Program-made: the position numbers and the translations under genes
In this document: piece by piece, positions 34,976 to 49,651 of the stretch
Layout of the letters: each line of letters opens with the position of its first letter
Position numbering within the stretch: position 1 is the stretch's first letter
Notes under the pieces: model-generated
The model's input: the letters and a program-made list of their open reading frames with translations, nothing else
The model's database searches: none
Told to the model about the DNA's origin: nothing
NCBI RefSeq assembly: GCF_003334785.1
Contig: NZ_QOWV01000002.1
Origin: Escherichia coli
Lineage (GTDB): Bacteria > Pseudomonadota > Gammaproteobacteria > Enterobacterales > Enterobacteriaceae
Strand: one strand, 5' to 3'
Length of the DNA: 64,000 nt

Positions 34976-35779
34976 ATGAACGCATTATTAAGCAATCCCT
35001 TTAAAGAACGTTTACGCAAGGGCGAAGTGCAAATTGGTCTGTGGTTAAGCTCAACGACTGCCTATATGGCAGAAATTGCCGCCACTTCTGGTTATGACTG
35101 GTTGCTGATTGACGGGGAGCACGCGCCAAACACCATTCAGGATCTTTATCATCAGCTACAGGCGGTAGCGCCCTATGCCAGCCAACCCGTGATCCGTCCG
35201 GTGGAAGGCAGTAAACCGCTGATTAAACAAGTCCTGGATATTGGCGCGCAAACTCTACTGATCCCGATGGTCGATACTGCCGAACAGGCACGTCAGGTGG
35301 TGTCTGCCACGCGCTATCCTCCCTACGGTGAGCGTGGTGTCGGGGCCAGTGTGGCACGGGCTGCGCGCTGGGGACGCATTGAGAATTACATGGCGCAAGT
35401 TAACGATTCGCTTTGTCTGTTGGTGCAGGTGGAAAGTAAAACGGCACTGGATAACCTGGACGAAATCCTCGACGTCGAAGGGATTGATGGCGTGTTTATT
35501 GGACCTGCGGATCTTTCTGCGTCGTTGGGCTACCCGGATAACGCCGGGCACCCGGAAGTGCAGCGAATTATTGAAACCAGTATTCGGCGGATCCGTGCTG
35601 CGGGTAAAGCGGCTGGTTTTCTGGCTGTGGCTCCTGATATGGCGCAGCAATGCCTGGCGTGGGGAGCGAACTTTGTCGCTGTTGGCGTTGACACGATGCT
35701 CTACAGCGATGCCCTGGATCAACGACTGGCGATGTTTAAATCAGGCAAAAATGGGCCACGCATAAAAGGTAGTTATTGA
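34976..35779 (+). CDS. rhmA: 2-keto-3-deoxy-L-rhamnonate aldolase RhmA (HpcH/HpaI family)
   Basis: Track ORF 34673..35779 overlaps rhmT; start [21 protein letters not shown] at 34976 gives 267 aa. Confidence 0.9.
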
Positions 35780-35786
35780 TATCAAA

Positions 35787-35811
35787 GGCCCATGGGGATC
35801 GGCTGTGGGCC
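35787..35811. terminator. Hairpin between convergent rhmA and ypaA (terminator candidate)
   Basis: ggccca-tggggatcggctg-tgggcc with T-rich flank (tgtgtt). Confidence 0.4.
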
Positions 35812-35819
35812 TGTGTTAA

Positions 35820-36005
35820 TTAGTGGTTATTCGCTGCCAGATCGGCTTCGCTTAGCTGGGTGGCCGCGAGCACCTGGTCACGATCAAAGCCCTGTTCCAG
35901 CATGCGCAAAGCAATTTTAATGGCTTGTTCATGCAAACCTTCTAATTTACCTTCCTGCCAGCCAATTTGATGTCCTTCCTGCCGCAGCCGTTCAGCAATA
36001 GTCAT
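35820..36005 (-). CDS. ypaA: YpaA, small protein duplicating the C-terminal tail of YfaD/RpnE
   Basis: 61-aa [43 protein letters not shown]... near-identical to the last about 57 aa of the adjacent yfaD product, apart from a 4-aa insertion and a divergent C-terminus. Confidence 0.7.
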   Translation of the reverse strand: MTIAERLRQEGHQIGWQEGKLEGLHEQAIKIALRMLEQGFDRDQVLAATQLSEADLAANNH

Positions 36006-36201
36006 TAATCTCTCCTTTTAATGACAGTTCGGAATATCAGCATCAGTGAGTTGGGTTGTCGCCAGCACAATCTCACGTTCAAAGCCCTGCTCCAGCATGC
36101 GCAAAGCAATTTTAATGGCTTGTTCATGCATACCTTCCTGCCAGCCAATTTGATGCCCTTCCTGCCGTAGCCGTTCAGCAATAGTCATTAATCTCTCCTT
36201 T
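35820..36201. repeat. Tandem direct duplication of the yfaD 3' end (about 180 bp, including SD-ATG)
   Basis: Block caaaaggagagattaATGact... through ...gcgcatgctggagcagggctttga occurs twice (36018..36201 and 35820..36017 on minus strand) with a 12-bp indel and a few substitutions. Confidence 0.75.
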
Positions 36202-36917
36202 TGTAGTGGTGAACGTTCGGCAATCTCCTCAATAAAACGGGTGAAACGGGAGGTATCGCCGCATTGCAGCAGATAATTAAACAGTGTTTGTAGCTGGCTG
36301 TCATTAGTGAAGCCTCTAACCAAAAGCGTGGTGATCCTGTCGACCATGCCGATTAAATCGCGGTCGCGAATATGCTTTTGAATCAGTTCCAGCAGAGCTA
36401 TACGCCGATGTTGCATGATCTCATCGTCAGGTACGATGGTGATATCCACCAACGGAAAAGCTTCGGTGTACAACTGCCGGGCAAGTTGCGGATCGTCAAA
36501 CTCATCCAGCCAGTTGAGTGAGTACGGGTAAGGCGAGGTTTCGCCATGATAAAACAGCAACGGCACCACCAGCGGGACTCTGTCATAGCCTTTGTCCAGG
36601 TGACGCTGCATGGCGGCAGTGGCATAGCGCATTAGCCGAAAAGCCATATTCTTTTCTGCAGAGCTTTGATGTTCAATCACGCAGTAGATATAGCCGTCAC
36701 CGTCGCTGGTTTCCACGGACCACAAAACATCCGAGTAGTAAGCGCGTAAACTTTTTTCAATAAAACTAGTGGGTTCCAGGCGTAAGGTTTGCAGGTTGCA
36801 AAGCTTGCGCAGTGGTTCTGGTAAATGTATTTCGAGAAAATCCCGTGCGGTTTCGGGTGTGAACATAAAGGTTTTAAATACCGCATCATGCGGGGAGGAG
36901 GTTGTTGATTCGGTCAT
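36018..36917 (-). CDS. yfaD: Rpn-family (YhgA-like, transposase_31/PD-(D/E)xK) recombination-promoting nuclease YfaD/RpnE
   Basis: 299-aa ORF ([28 protein letters not shown]...); no flanking inverted repeats, so not an IS element. Confidence 0.85.
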   Translation of the reverse strand: MTESTTSSPHDAVFKTFMFTPETARDFLEIHLPEPLRKLCNLQTLRLEPTSFIEKSLRAYYSDVLWSVETSDGDGYIYCVIEHQSSAEKNMAFRLMRYATAAMQRHLDKGYDRVPLVVPLLFYHGETSPYPYSLNWLDEFDDPQLARQLYTEAFPLVDITIVPDDEIMQHRRIALLELIQKHIRDRDLIGMVDRITTLLVRGFTNDSQLQTLFNYLLQCGDTSRFTRFIEEIAERSPLQKERLMTIAERLRQEGHQIGWQEGMHEQAIKIALRMLEQGFEREIVLATTQLTDADIPNCH

Positions 36918-37109
36918 GGTTGTCCGTCACCTGATATTTATGATGACGCGACATTACGGTTATCCCAGGCCTTTGACATCTGCCAGTTTCAGCCTTTGCG
37001 AGACGTTTTCAGAGGAATTTTCACTGCGTTGCAACGCATACATTGGGCACGGAATCGTGTACGCAAAAATGCCCGGTAACCACATGCTTACCGGGCATCA
37101 GAAAGGAGT

Positions 37110-41174
<4,065 letters not shown>

Positions 41175-41446
41175 TGTTATCCCTCTGAAGTTCGTTTTTT
41201 ACCATTTAGCCATAGTAAAAACATGAATTGTTTGATTTCGCGCATATTCGCTCATAATTCGAAAGTGAAACGTGATTTCATGCGTCATTTTGAACATTTT
41301 GTAAATCTTATTTAATAATGTGTGCGGCAATTCACATTTAATTTATGAATGTTTTCTTAACATCGCGGCAACTCAAGAAACGGCAGGTTCTCTCACTGAA
41401 TCAGGCTGTTAATCATAAATAAGACCACGGGCCACGGAGGCTATCA
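41175..41446. promoter_or_regulatory. Divergent glpACB / glpTQ control region with candidate GlpR operator repeats and CRP-like palindrome
   Basis: Repeated TTCG-centred motifs (tttgatttcgcgcat, tattcgctcat, aattcgaaag) around 41230..41265 and tgaaacgtgatttca palindrome near 41266..41280. Confidence 0.45.
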
Positions 41447-42805
41447 ATGTTGAGTATTTTTAAACCAGCGCCACACAAAGCGCGCTTACCTGCCGCGGAG
41501 ATCGATCCGACTTATCGTCGATTGCGCTGGCAAATTTTCCTGGGGATATTCTTTGGCTATGCGGCTTACTATTTGGTTCGTAAGAACTTTGCGCTTGCTA
41601 TGCCTTATCTGGTTGAGCAGGGATTCTCACGCGGTGATTTAGGTTTTGCCCTTTCGGGGATCTCGATTGCTTATGGATTTTCGAAATTCATCATGGGTTC
41701 GGTATCGGATCGCTCGAATCCGCGCGTTTTCCTGCCCGCAGGTTTGATTCTGGCGGCGGCAGTGATGTTGTTTATGGGCTTTGTGCCATGGGCGACGTCG
41801 AGCATTGCGGTGATGTTTGTACTGTTGTTCCTCTGCGGTTGGTTCCAGGGGATGGGGTGGCCGCCGTGTGGTCGTACTATGGTGCACTGGTGGTCGCAGA
41901 AAGAACGTGGCGGCATTGTGTCAGTGTGGAACTGTGCGCACAACGTCGGTGGTGGTATTCCGCCGCTGCTGTTCCTGCTGGGGATGGCCTGGTTCAATGA
42001 CTGGCATGCGGCGCTCTATATGCCTGCTTTCTGCGCCATTCTGGTGGCATTATTCGCCTTTGCGATGATGCGCGATACCCCGCAATCCTGTGGCTTGCCG
42101 CCGATCGAAGAGTACAAAAATGATTATCCGGACGACTATAACGAAAAAGCGGAACAGGAGCTGACGGCGAAGCAAATCTTCATGCAGTACGTACTGCCGA
42201 ACAAACTGCTGTGGTATATCGCCATCGCCAACGTGTTCGTTTATCTGCTGCGTTACGGCATCCTCGACTGGTCACCGACTTATCTGAAAGAGGTTAAGCA
42301 TTTCGCGCTAGATAAATCCTCCTGGGCCTACTTCCTTTATGAATATGCAGGTATTCCGGGCACTCTGCTGTGCGGCTGGATGTCGGATAAAGTCTTCCGT
42401 GGCAACCGTGGGGCAACCGGCGTTTTCTTTATGACACTGGTGACCATCGCGACTATCGTTTACTGGATGAACCCGGCAGGTAACCCAACCGTCGATATGA
42501 TTTGTATGATTGTTATCGGCTTCCTGATCTACGGTCCTGTGATGCTGATCGGTCTGCATGCGCTGGAACTGGCACCGAAAAAAGCGGCAGGTACGGCAGC
42601 GGGCTTTACCGGGCTGTTTGGTTACCTGGGCGGTTCGGTGGCGGCGAGCGCGATTGTTGGCTACACCGTGGACTTCTTCGGCTGGGATGGCGGCTTTATG
42701 GTAATGATTGGCGGCAGCATTCTGGCGGTTATCTTGTTGATTGTTGTGATGATTGGCGAAAAACGTCGCCATGAACAATTACTGCAAGAACGCAACGGAG
42801 GCTAA
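41447..42805 (+). CDS. glpT: Glycerol-3-phosphate:phosphate antiporter GlpT (MFS)
   Basis: 452-aa MFS ORF. Confidence 0.95.
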
Positions 42806-42809
42806 TGGC

Positions 42810-43886
42810 ATGAAATTGACGCTGAAAAACCTTAGCATGGCGATCATGATGAGCACTATAGTCATGGGAAGCAGTGCAATGGCGGCGGACAGCAACGAAA
42901 AAATAGTCATCGCCCATCGCGGTGCCAGTGGATATTTGCCGGAGCATACGCTGCCAGCAAAAGCGATGGCGTATGCGCAGGGAGCGGATTATCTGGAACA
43001 GGATTTGGTGATGACCAAAGACGACAATCTGGTTGTTCTGCATGACCATTACCTCGATCGTGTTACTGATGTTGCCGATCGTTTCCCGGATCGGGCGCGC
43101 AAAGACGGTCGTTACTACGCGATAGATTTCACGCTGGATGAAATTAAGTCGTTGAAATTTACCGAAGGTTTCGATATTGAAAACGGTAAAAAAGTGCAGA
43201 CTTATCCGGGGCGTTTCCCAATGGGTAAGTCCGACTTCCGGGTGCACACCTTTGAAGAAGAGATTGAATTTGTTCAGGGGTTAAATCACTCTACCGGGAA
43301 AAATATCGGTATTTATCCAGAAATCAAAGCGCCGTGGTTCCATCATCAGGAAGGGAAGGATATTGCGGCAAAAACGCTGGAAGTGCTGAAGAAATATGGT
43401 TACACCGGTAAAGACGATAAAGTTTATTTGCAATGTTTTGATGCTGATGAGCTGAAGCGTATTAAGAATGAGCTGGAACCCAAAATGGGCATGGAGCTCA
43501 ATCTGGTACAGCTGATTGCCTATACCGACTGGAATGAAACGCAGCAGAAACAGCCGGATGGAAGCTGGGTTAATTACAACTACGACTGGATGTTTAAGCC
43601 GGGTGCCATGAAACAGGTGGCGGAATATGCAGATGGTATTGGTCCGGATTACCATATGTTGATTGAGGAGACATCGCAGCCGGGTAATATCAAACTCACT
43701 GGCATGGTGCAAGATGCTCAGCAGAATAAACTGGTAGTGCATCCTTATACCGTGCGGTCAGATAAACTGCCTGAATACACTCCTGATGTGAATCAGTTAT
43801 ATGATGCTCTGTATAACAAAGCGGGTGTAAATGGGCTGTTTACTGATTTCCCTGATAAGGCAGTAAAATTTCTTAATAAAGAGTAA
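42810..43886 (+). CDS. glpQ: Periplasmic glycerophosphodiester phosphodiesterase GlpQ
   Basis: Track ORF starts in glpT; ATG at 42810 after GGAGG SD gives 358 aa with signal peptide and GDPD motif (IVIAHRGASGYLPEHT). Confidence 0.95.
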   Translation: MKLTLKNLSMAIMMSTIVMGSSAMAADSNEKIVIAHRGASGYLPEHTLPAKAMAYAQGADYLEQDLVMTKDDNLVVLHDHYLDRVTDVADRFPDRARKDGRYYAIDFTLDEIKSLKFTEGFDIENGKKVQTYPGRFPMGKSDFRVHTFEEEIEFVQGLNHSTGKNIGIYPEIKAPWFHHQEGKDIAAKTLEVLKKYGYTGKDDKVYLQCFDADELKRIKNELEPKMGMELNLVQLIAYTDWNETQQKQPDGSWVNYNYDWMFKPGAMKQVAEYADGIGPDYHMLIEETSQPGNIKLTGMVQDAQQNKLVVHPYTVRSDKLPEYTPDVNQLYDALYNKAGVNGLFTDFPDKAVKFLNKE

Positions 43887-43894
43887 TGTTACTG

Positions 43895-43920
43895 CAGGAT
43901 GGCGTTCATGCGCCATCCTG
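43895..43920 (+). terminator. Rho-independent terminator after glpQ
   Basis: caggatggcg-ttcat-gcgccatcctg hairpin 9 nt after the glpQ stop. Confidence 0.6.
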
Positions 43921-43927
43921 TCTCATA

Positions 43928-44179
43928 TCAAATTTTTCCAATCGCCACTAATTGTTCCATGCACATTTGTAGTAAAAACAGTGGACTGCCTTCTACCGGC
44001 TTTTCTTTAGCCAGCAACGAAATCTGTCGATAGAAAGTTGGTTCGAGAGGAACGGAACACAATTCACCTGCAATGCTTTTCAGCGTTAACTCTGGTTGTA
44101 AGGCGATGCCTAATCCCTGTCGAATAAAATTTATCGCTGTATCCGCCTGATTAAATTCACATTTTATCTGCTGGGCGCA
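43928..44179 (-). pseudogene. yfaH: LysR-family regulator C-terminal fragment (yfaH-like), no start codon
   Basis: Minus-strand open frame translating to ...IKCEFNQADTAINFIRQGLGIALQPELTLKSIAGELCSVPLEPTFYRQISLLAKEKPVEGSPLFLLQMC..., typical of a LysR effector-domain C-terminus; no HTH part or in-frame ATG. Confidence 0.5.
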
Positions 44180-44348
44180 CTATTAGTGGTAGTGGCTGGT
44201 GGAATCTATGCGCTGCAAATGAAGGGTAAAAGCGGTGTCAAGCTAGTAGTGGCAAAAGAAATTCATTAATACGACACGTTTCATTAAGATTTTCCTCAGG
44301 TAACCACCTATAGTCATTGTCGTTAATAAAAATGACAGGCGATAGGGT

Positions 44349-44999
44349 ATGGCAGTTTCAGCAAAGTACGACGAATTTAATCACTGGTGGGCAACAGAGG
44401 GCGACTGGGTTGAAGAGCCTAACTATCGCCGTAATGGTATGAGCGGGGTGCAATGCGTCGAGCGCAACGGCAAAAAGCTGTATGTAAAGCGCATGACGCA
44501 TCATCTGTTTCATTCCGTACGTTATCCGTTCGGCCGACCAACGATTGTCCGTGAGGTTGCGGTAATTAAAGAACTGGAACGGGCCGGTGTCATCGTGCCG
44601 AAGATCGTTTTTGGTGAAGCGGTGAAAATTGAGGGTGAATGGCGAGCGTTGCTGGTGACTGAAGATATGGCGGGGTTCATCAGCATTGCTGACTGGTATG
44701 CCCAGCATGCAGTATCGCCTTATTCTGACGAAGTACGGCAAGCCATGTTGAAAGCAGTGGCGCTGGCGTTTAAGAAAATGCATAGCATTAATCGTCAGCA
44801 TGGCTGTTGTTATGTTCGCCATATCTATGTGAAAACAGAAGGTAATGCAGAAGCTGGTTTTCTTGACCTGGAGAAAAGTCGTCGCCGCTTGCGTCGCGAT
44901 AAAGCGATTAATCATGACTTCCGCCAGCTGGAAAAATATCTGGAGCCAATCCCCAAAGCGGACTGGGAGCAGGTGAAAGCGTATTACTACGCCATGTAA
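44349..44999 (+). CDS. inaA: Acid-inducible Kdo/WaaP-family kinase-like protein InaA
   Basis: 216-aa ORF MAVSAKYDEFNHWWATEGDWVEEPNYRRNGMSGVQ... Confidence 0.9.
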   Translation: MAVSAKYDEFNHWWATEGDWVEEPNYRRNGMSGVQCVERNGKKLYVKRMTHHLFHSVRYPFGRPTIVREVAVIKELERAGVIVPKIVFGEAVKIEGEWRALLVTEDMAGFISIADWYAQHAVSPYSDEVRQAMLKAVALAFKKMHSINRQHGCCYVRHIYVKTEGNAEAGFLDLEKSRRRLRRDKAINHDFRQLEKYLEPIPKADWEQVKAYYYAM

Positions 45000-45003
45000 T
45001 CGT

Positions 45004-45047
45004 TGTAGGCCAGATAAGACGCATAAGCGTTGTATCTGGCACTACAA
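45004..45047. repeat. REP element downstream of inaA
   Basis: gtaggccagataagacgc...gcgttgtatctggcac inverted-repeat structure typical of REP. Confidence 0.45.
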
Positions 45048-45052
45048 CCAAT

Positions 45053-45307
45053 TCACATCTCGATTTCAATATCGCCTTTTGCCCGGCAACAACAGGGCAA
45101 AATTTCCCCCGGCTGAATAAAGGCTAACGGTTCGGCAATCCAGTCAACTTGACCTGCAACCAGGCGTGTGCGACAGGAGCCGCAGTAACCTTCGCGACAC
45201 TGGTACTCAACCGCCACATTGTGGGATTCCAGCGCCGCCAGAAGGGAAGGGTGTTCATCCTGGCACAGCAGTTGTGTGCCAGTGATGCGCAGGGTAACGC
45301 GGGCCAT
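45053..45307 (-). CDS. yfaE: 2Fe-2S ferredoxin YfaE (NrdB cofactor maintenance)
   Basis: 84-aa ORF with Cys pattern C-x4-C-x2-C...C (REGYCGSCRTRL); immediately downstream of nrdB. Confidence 0.9.
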   Translation of the reverse strand: MARVTLRITGTQLLCQDEHPSLLAALESHNVAVEYQCREGYCGSCRTRLVAGQVDWIAEPLAFIQPGEILPCCCRAKGDIEIEM

Positions 45308-46437
45308 CAGAGCTGGAAGTTACTCAAATCGTCGGTGTCCACTTCCGAGTCAATCTGCCCGACCAGATAAGAACTGACTTCCACTTCCTGCGGAGCAACC
45401 TGCACGTTATCAGACACCAGCCAAGTGTTGATCCACGGGATCGGGTTGGAGCGCGTCTGGAACGGCAGATCCAAACCGACTGCCTGCATACGGATATTGG
45501 TGATGTATTCAACGTACTGGCAGAGAATGTCTTTATTCAGACCAATCATCGAACCGTCGCGGAACAGATAATCCGCCCAGTCTTTCTCCTGTTGAGCTGC
45601 CTGAACAAACAGGTCATAGCACTCCTGCTTACACTCTTCGGCAATTTCCGCCATCTCAGGATCGTCCGCGCCGCTGCGCAGCAGATTCAGCATATGCTGG
45701 GTGCCGGTCAGGTGCAGGGCTTCGTCGCGGGCAATCAGGCGAATAATTTTGGCGTTGCCTTCCATCAATTCGCGTTCTGCAAATGCGAAGGAACAAGCAA
45801 AGCTGACGTAGAAACGAATCGCTTCCAGCGCGTTAACGCTCATCAGGCAGAGATACAGTTTTTTCTTCAGCTCGCGCAGGCTAACGGTCACAGTTTTACC
45901 GTTAACGGTGTGGGTACCTTCGCCCAGCAGATGCCAGTAGCTGGTCATTTCGATCAGCTCATCGTAATAGCTGGAGATCCCTTCCGCACGTTTCTGGATC
46001 TGCTCGTTGGTGACGATATCGTCAAACACAACAGACGGATCGTTAACGATATTACGAATGATATGAGTATAGGAACGGGAATGAATCGTTTCTGAGAACG
46101 CCCAGGTTTCGACCCAGGTTTCCAGTTCCGGAATAGAAATAAGCGGCAATAGCGCCACGTTCGGGCTACGACCCTGAATGGAATCCAGCAGCGTCTGATA
46201 TTTCAGGTTGCTGATAAAGATGTGTTTTTCGTGCTCCGGCAGCGCCTGGTAATCTATACGGTCGCGGGAGACGTCAACTTCTTCCGGACGCCAGAAGAAA
46301 GAGAGCTGCTTTTCGATCAGCTTTTCGAAGATGTCATATTTTTGCTGATCGTAGCGAGCCACGTTGACCGGCTGACCAAAGAACATCGGTTCTTTGAGCT
46401 GATCATTTTTCGTCTGTGAAAAGGTGGTATATGCCAT
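45307..46437 (-). CDS. nrdB: Class Ia ribonucleotide reductase beta subunit NrdB
   Basis: Track ORF extends upstream through REP sequence; start [22 protein letters not shown] at 46437 gives 376 aa. Confidence 0.95.
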
Positions 46438-46461
46438 GAGTGTGTCCTGTTGGGAGTTTAA

Positions 46462-46661
<200 letters not shown>

Positions 46662-46670
46662 ATCTCAATA

Positions 46671-48956
46671 TCAGATCTTACATGCGCCGCTTTCGCAGCC
46701 ATCGTCCTGGATTGACGGCACCAGATCGTCTTGTGCGTCTTCAGCGCCGTCACGGGTGTTCTGATAATACAGTGTTTTGACCCCGAATTTGTAGGCGGTG
46801 AGCAGGTCTTTCAGCAACTGCTGCATCGGCACTTTTCCTGACGGGAAGCGTGACGGATCGTAGTTGGTGTTGGCAGAGATCGACTGATCGATAAATTTCT
46901 GCATGATACCCACCAGTTGCAGATAACCATCGTTACCCGGCATTTCCCACAGCAGCTCATAGGCGTCGTGCAGGTGCTCGTAGTCCGGCACCACCTGGCG
47001 CAAAATACCGTCTTTCGACGCTTTGATGCTGACGTAACCGCGCGGCGGTTCAATACCGTTAGTGGCGTTAGAGATCTGCGAAGAAGTCTCGGACGGCATC
47101 AGAGCAGAAAGCGTGGAGTTACGCAGACCGTGCGTTTTGATTGACTCACGCAGAGCTTCCCAGTCGTAATGCAGCGGCTCATTAGCGATGGTATCCAGAT
47201 CTTTCTTATAGGTATCGATCGGCAGGATCCCTTTCGCGTAAGTGGTTTCGTTAAACCACGGGCACGCGCCTTGCTCTTTCGCCAGCTCATTAGAGGCTTT
47301 CAGCAGGTAATACTGAATGGCTTCGAAGGTTTTATGCGTCAGGTTGTTGGCGCTGCCGTCGGAGTAGCGTTTACCGTGCTTCGCCAGGTAGTAAGCGAAG
47401 TTGATCACACCAATACCCAGCGTACGACGACCCATCGCTCCACGTTTGGCGGCCGGGATCGGGTAATCCTGATAATCCAGCAGCGCGTCAAGTGCACGAA
47501 CCGCCAGAATTGCCAGCTCTTCCAGTTCATCCAGGTTATTAATTGCGCCCAGGTTGAAAGCAGACAGCGTACACAGCGCGATTTCACCGTTCTCGTCGTT
47601 GACGTCGTTCAGCGGTTTGGTCGGCAGGGCTATCTCCAGGCACAGGTTAGACTGACGCACTGGCGCGATGGCCGGATCAAACGGGCTATGGGTATTGCAG
47701 TGGTCAACGTTCTGAATATAGATACGACCGGTAGACGCACGTTCCTGCATCATCAGCGAGAACAGCTCAACGGCTTTCACACGCTGCTTGCGGATGCTGT
47801 CGTCTTTCTCATATTTGGTATACAGACGTTCAAACTCTTCCTGATCGGCGAAGAACGCGTCGTACAGCCCCGGTACGTCGGACGGGCTGAACAGGGTGAT
47901 ATCTTCACCTTTCAGCAGACGGGTATACATCAGTTTGTTGATTTGTACCCCGTAGTCCATATGACGCACGCGGTTGCCTTCCACACCACGGTTGTTTTTC
48001 AACACCAGCAGGCTTTCCACTTCCAGATGCCACATCGGGTAGAACAGCGTTGCCGCACCGCCGCGCACACCGCCCTGAGAGCAGGATTTCACCGCTGTCT
48101 GGAAATGTTTGTAGAACGGAATGCAGCCGGTATGGAACGCTTCACCACCGCGAATCGGGCTACCCAGCGCACGAATACGCCCGGCGTTGATGCCGATCCC
48201 GGCACGCTGGGAAACGTATTTAACAATCGCGCTGGAGGTGGCGTTGATGGAATCCAGGCTGTCACCGCACTCGATCAGTACGCAGGAGCTGAACTGACGA
48301 GTCGGGGTACGCACGCCGGACATGATTGGCGTCGGCAGCGAAATTTTAAATGTGGAAACCGCGTCGTAAAAACGCTTCACATATTGCAGGCGCGTTTCAC
48401 GCGGGTAGTTCGAGAACAAGCACGCGGCAACTAGAATATAAAGGAACTGGGCGCTCTCATAGATTTCGCCGGTCACGCGGTTCTGTACCAGATATTTGCC
48501 TTCCAGCTGCTTAACGGCAGCATAAGAGAAGGTCATATCACGGTCGTGATCGATAAAGGTGTCCATCTGCTTGAACTCTTCTTCCGTGTAGTCTTCCAGC
48601 AGATGATTATCGTATTTGCCCATCTCGACCATTTTCACCACGTGGTCGTACAGCGCAGGCGGCTCAAACTGGCCGTAGGCTTTTTTACGCAGGTGGAAGA
48701 TCGCCAGGCGCGCGGCGAGATACTGATAATCCGGCGCATCACGGGAGATCAGGTCTGCGGCAGCCTTGATAATGGTTTCGTGGATGTCAGAGGTCTTGAT
48801 ACCGTCATAAAACTGAATGTGGGAGCGCAGCTCGACCTGGGAAATCGAAACGTTATGCAGTCCTTCTGCCGCCCAATCCAGAACGCGATGGATTTTGTCG
48901 AGATTGATGCGCTCTGTGCTACCGTCGCGCTTTGTCACCAGCAGATTCTGATTCAT
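46671..48956 (-). CDS. nrdA: Class Ia ribonucleotide reductase alpha subunit NrdA
   Basis: 761-aa ORF with ATP-cone N-terminus ([29 protein letters not shown]). Confidence 0.95.
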
Positions 48957-49033
48957 GTATGTCGTACCTGTTTTTGGAATTCTTTCCGCAATAGTTTCAT
49001 GCAGACTACCTGTAGTACGGGAAGCTGCTTAGA

Positions 49034-49079
49034 ACACTATATATAGGGGGTATGTTTGGGATTCACTGCAAGATAGTGT
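49034..49079 (-). promoter_or_regulatory. Candidate tandem NrdR boxes in nrdA promoter
   Basis: ACACTATATATAG (49034..49046) and a degenerate AGATAGTGTG partner about 32 bp away; about 80-120 bp upstream of nrdA start. Confidence 0.45.
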
Positions 49080-49104
49080 GAAAATGACCCTCTTGCAAGT
49101 GCAT

Positions 49105-49113
49105 AACTTTGTG
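49105..49113 (-). promoter_or_regulatory. DnaA box (TTATCCACA) upstream of nrdA
   Basis: Plus strand gtggataac is the reverse complement of the DnaA box consensus. Confidence 0.45.
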
Positions 49114-49651
49114 GATAACTCAGGAAGGAAAAAGTGGCTTTCGCGCACCTTAGGTCAGACAAGGTGTCCGGGAAAGTCAATGGGAAGAGAAAAATTTGTT
49201 AAAAATAACTGTTCGGCGATTTCTTGAACGGCATAATAGGTTAGATAAATTGATATAGATGGTTTATTAATCTTTTTGCTAATGATTGCAAAAATTGATC
49301 TAAGCACGAGTCATCACATAATCTGATGTATCAGTTGTGGTCAATATATAAGCGAATGTAAGAGATTGTTGATGGCGAAATGGTTGTTTTCTATTCGGTT
49401 ATTGTTAAATGCTAAGCCATTTTGTTAATTTACCTTATATTATAAGAAAATTATTCATGACTTTAATTTAGTTTAAATATAACTGATATCCCTGAAGGTT
49501 ATTAACTTGAATTATGACGCACTGATATTATTCATCAAATAATAACAAAATAGCCATTGCACCGGGTTGAACAATTTACAAAAGAAAGATATTCCATATC
49601 GTATAATGCGATTAAATACGCCGTCTTATAGAAAATGATGGTTAGATTAAT

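Noticed and set aside
36018-36917. yfaD as an insertion sequence (transposase_31-like)
   Set aside because: No terminal inverted repeats or target-site duplication visible; Rpn-family proteins are chromosomal nuclease genes rather than mobile elements.
47169-48434. 421-aa ORF on plus strand antisense to nrdA
   Set aside because: Antisense to a highly conserved essential gene; low-complexity translation; no independent support.
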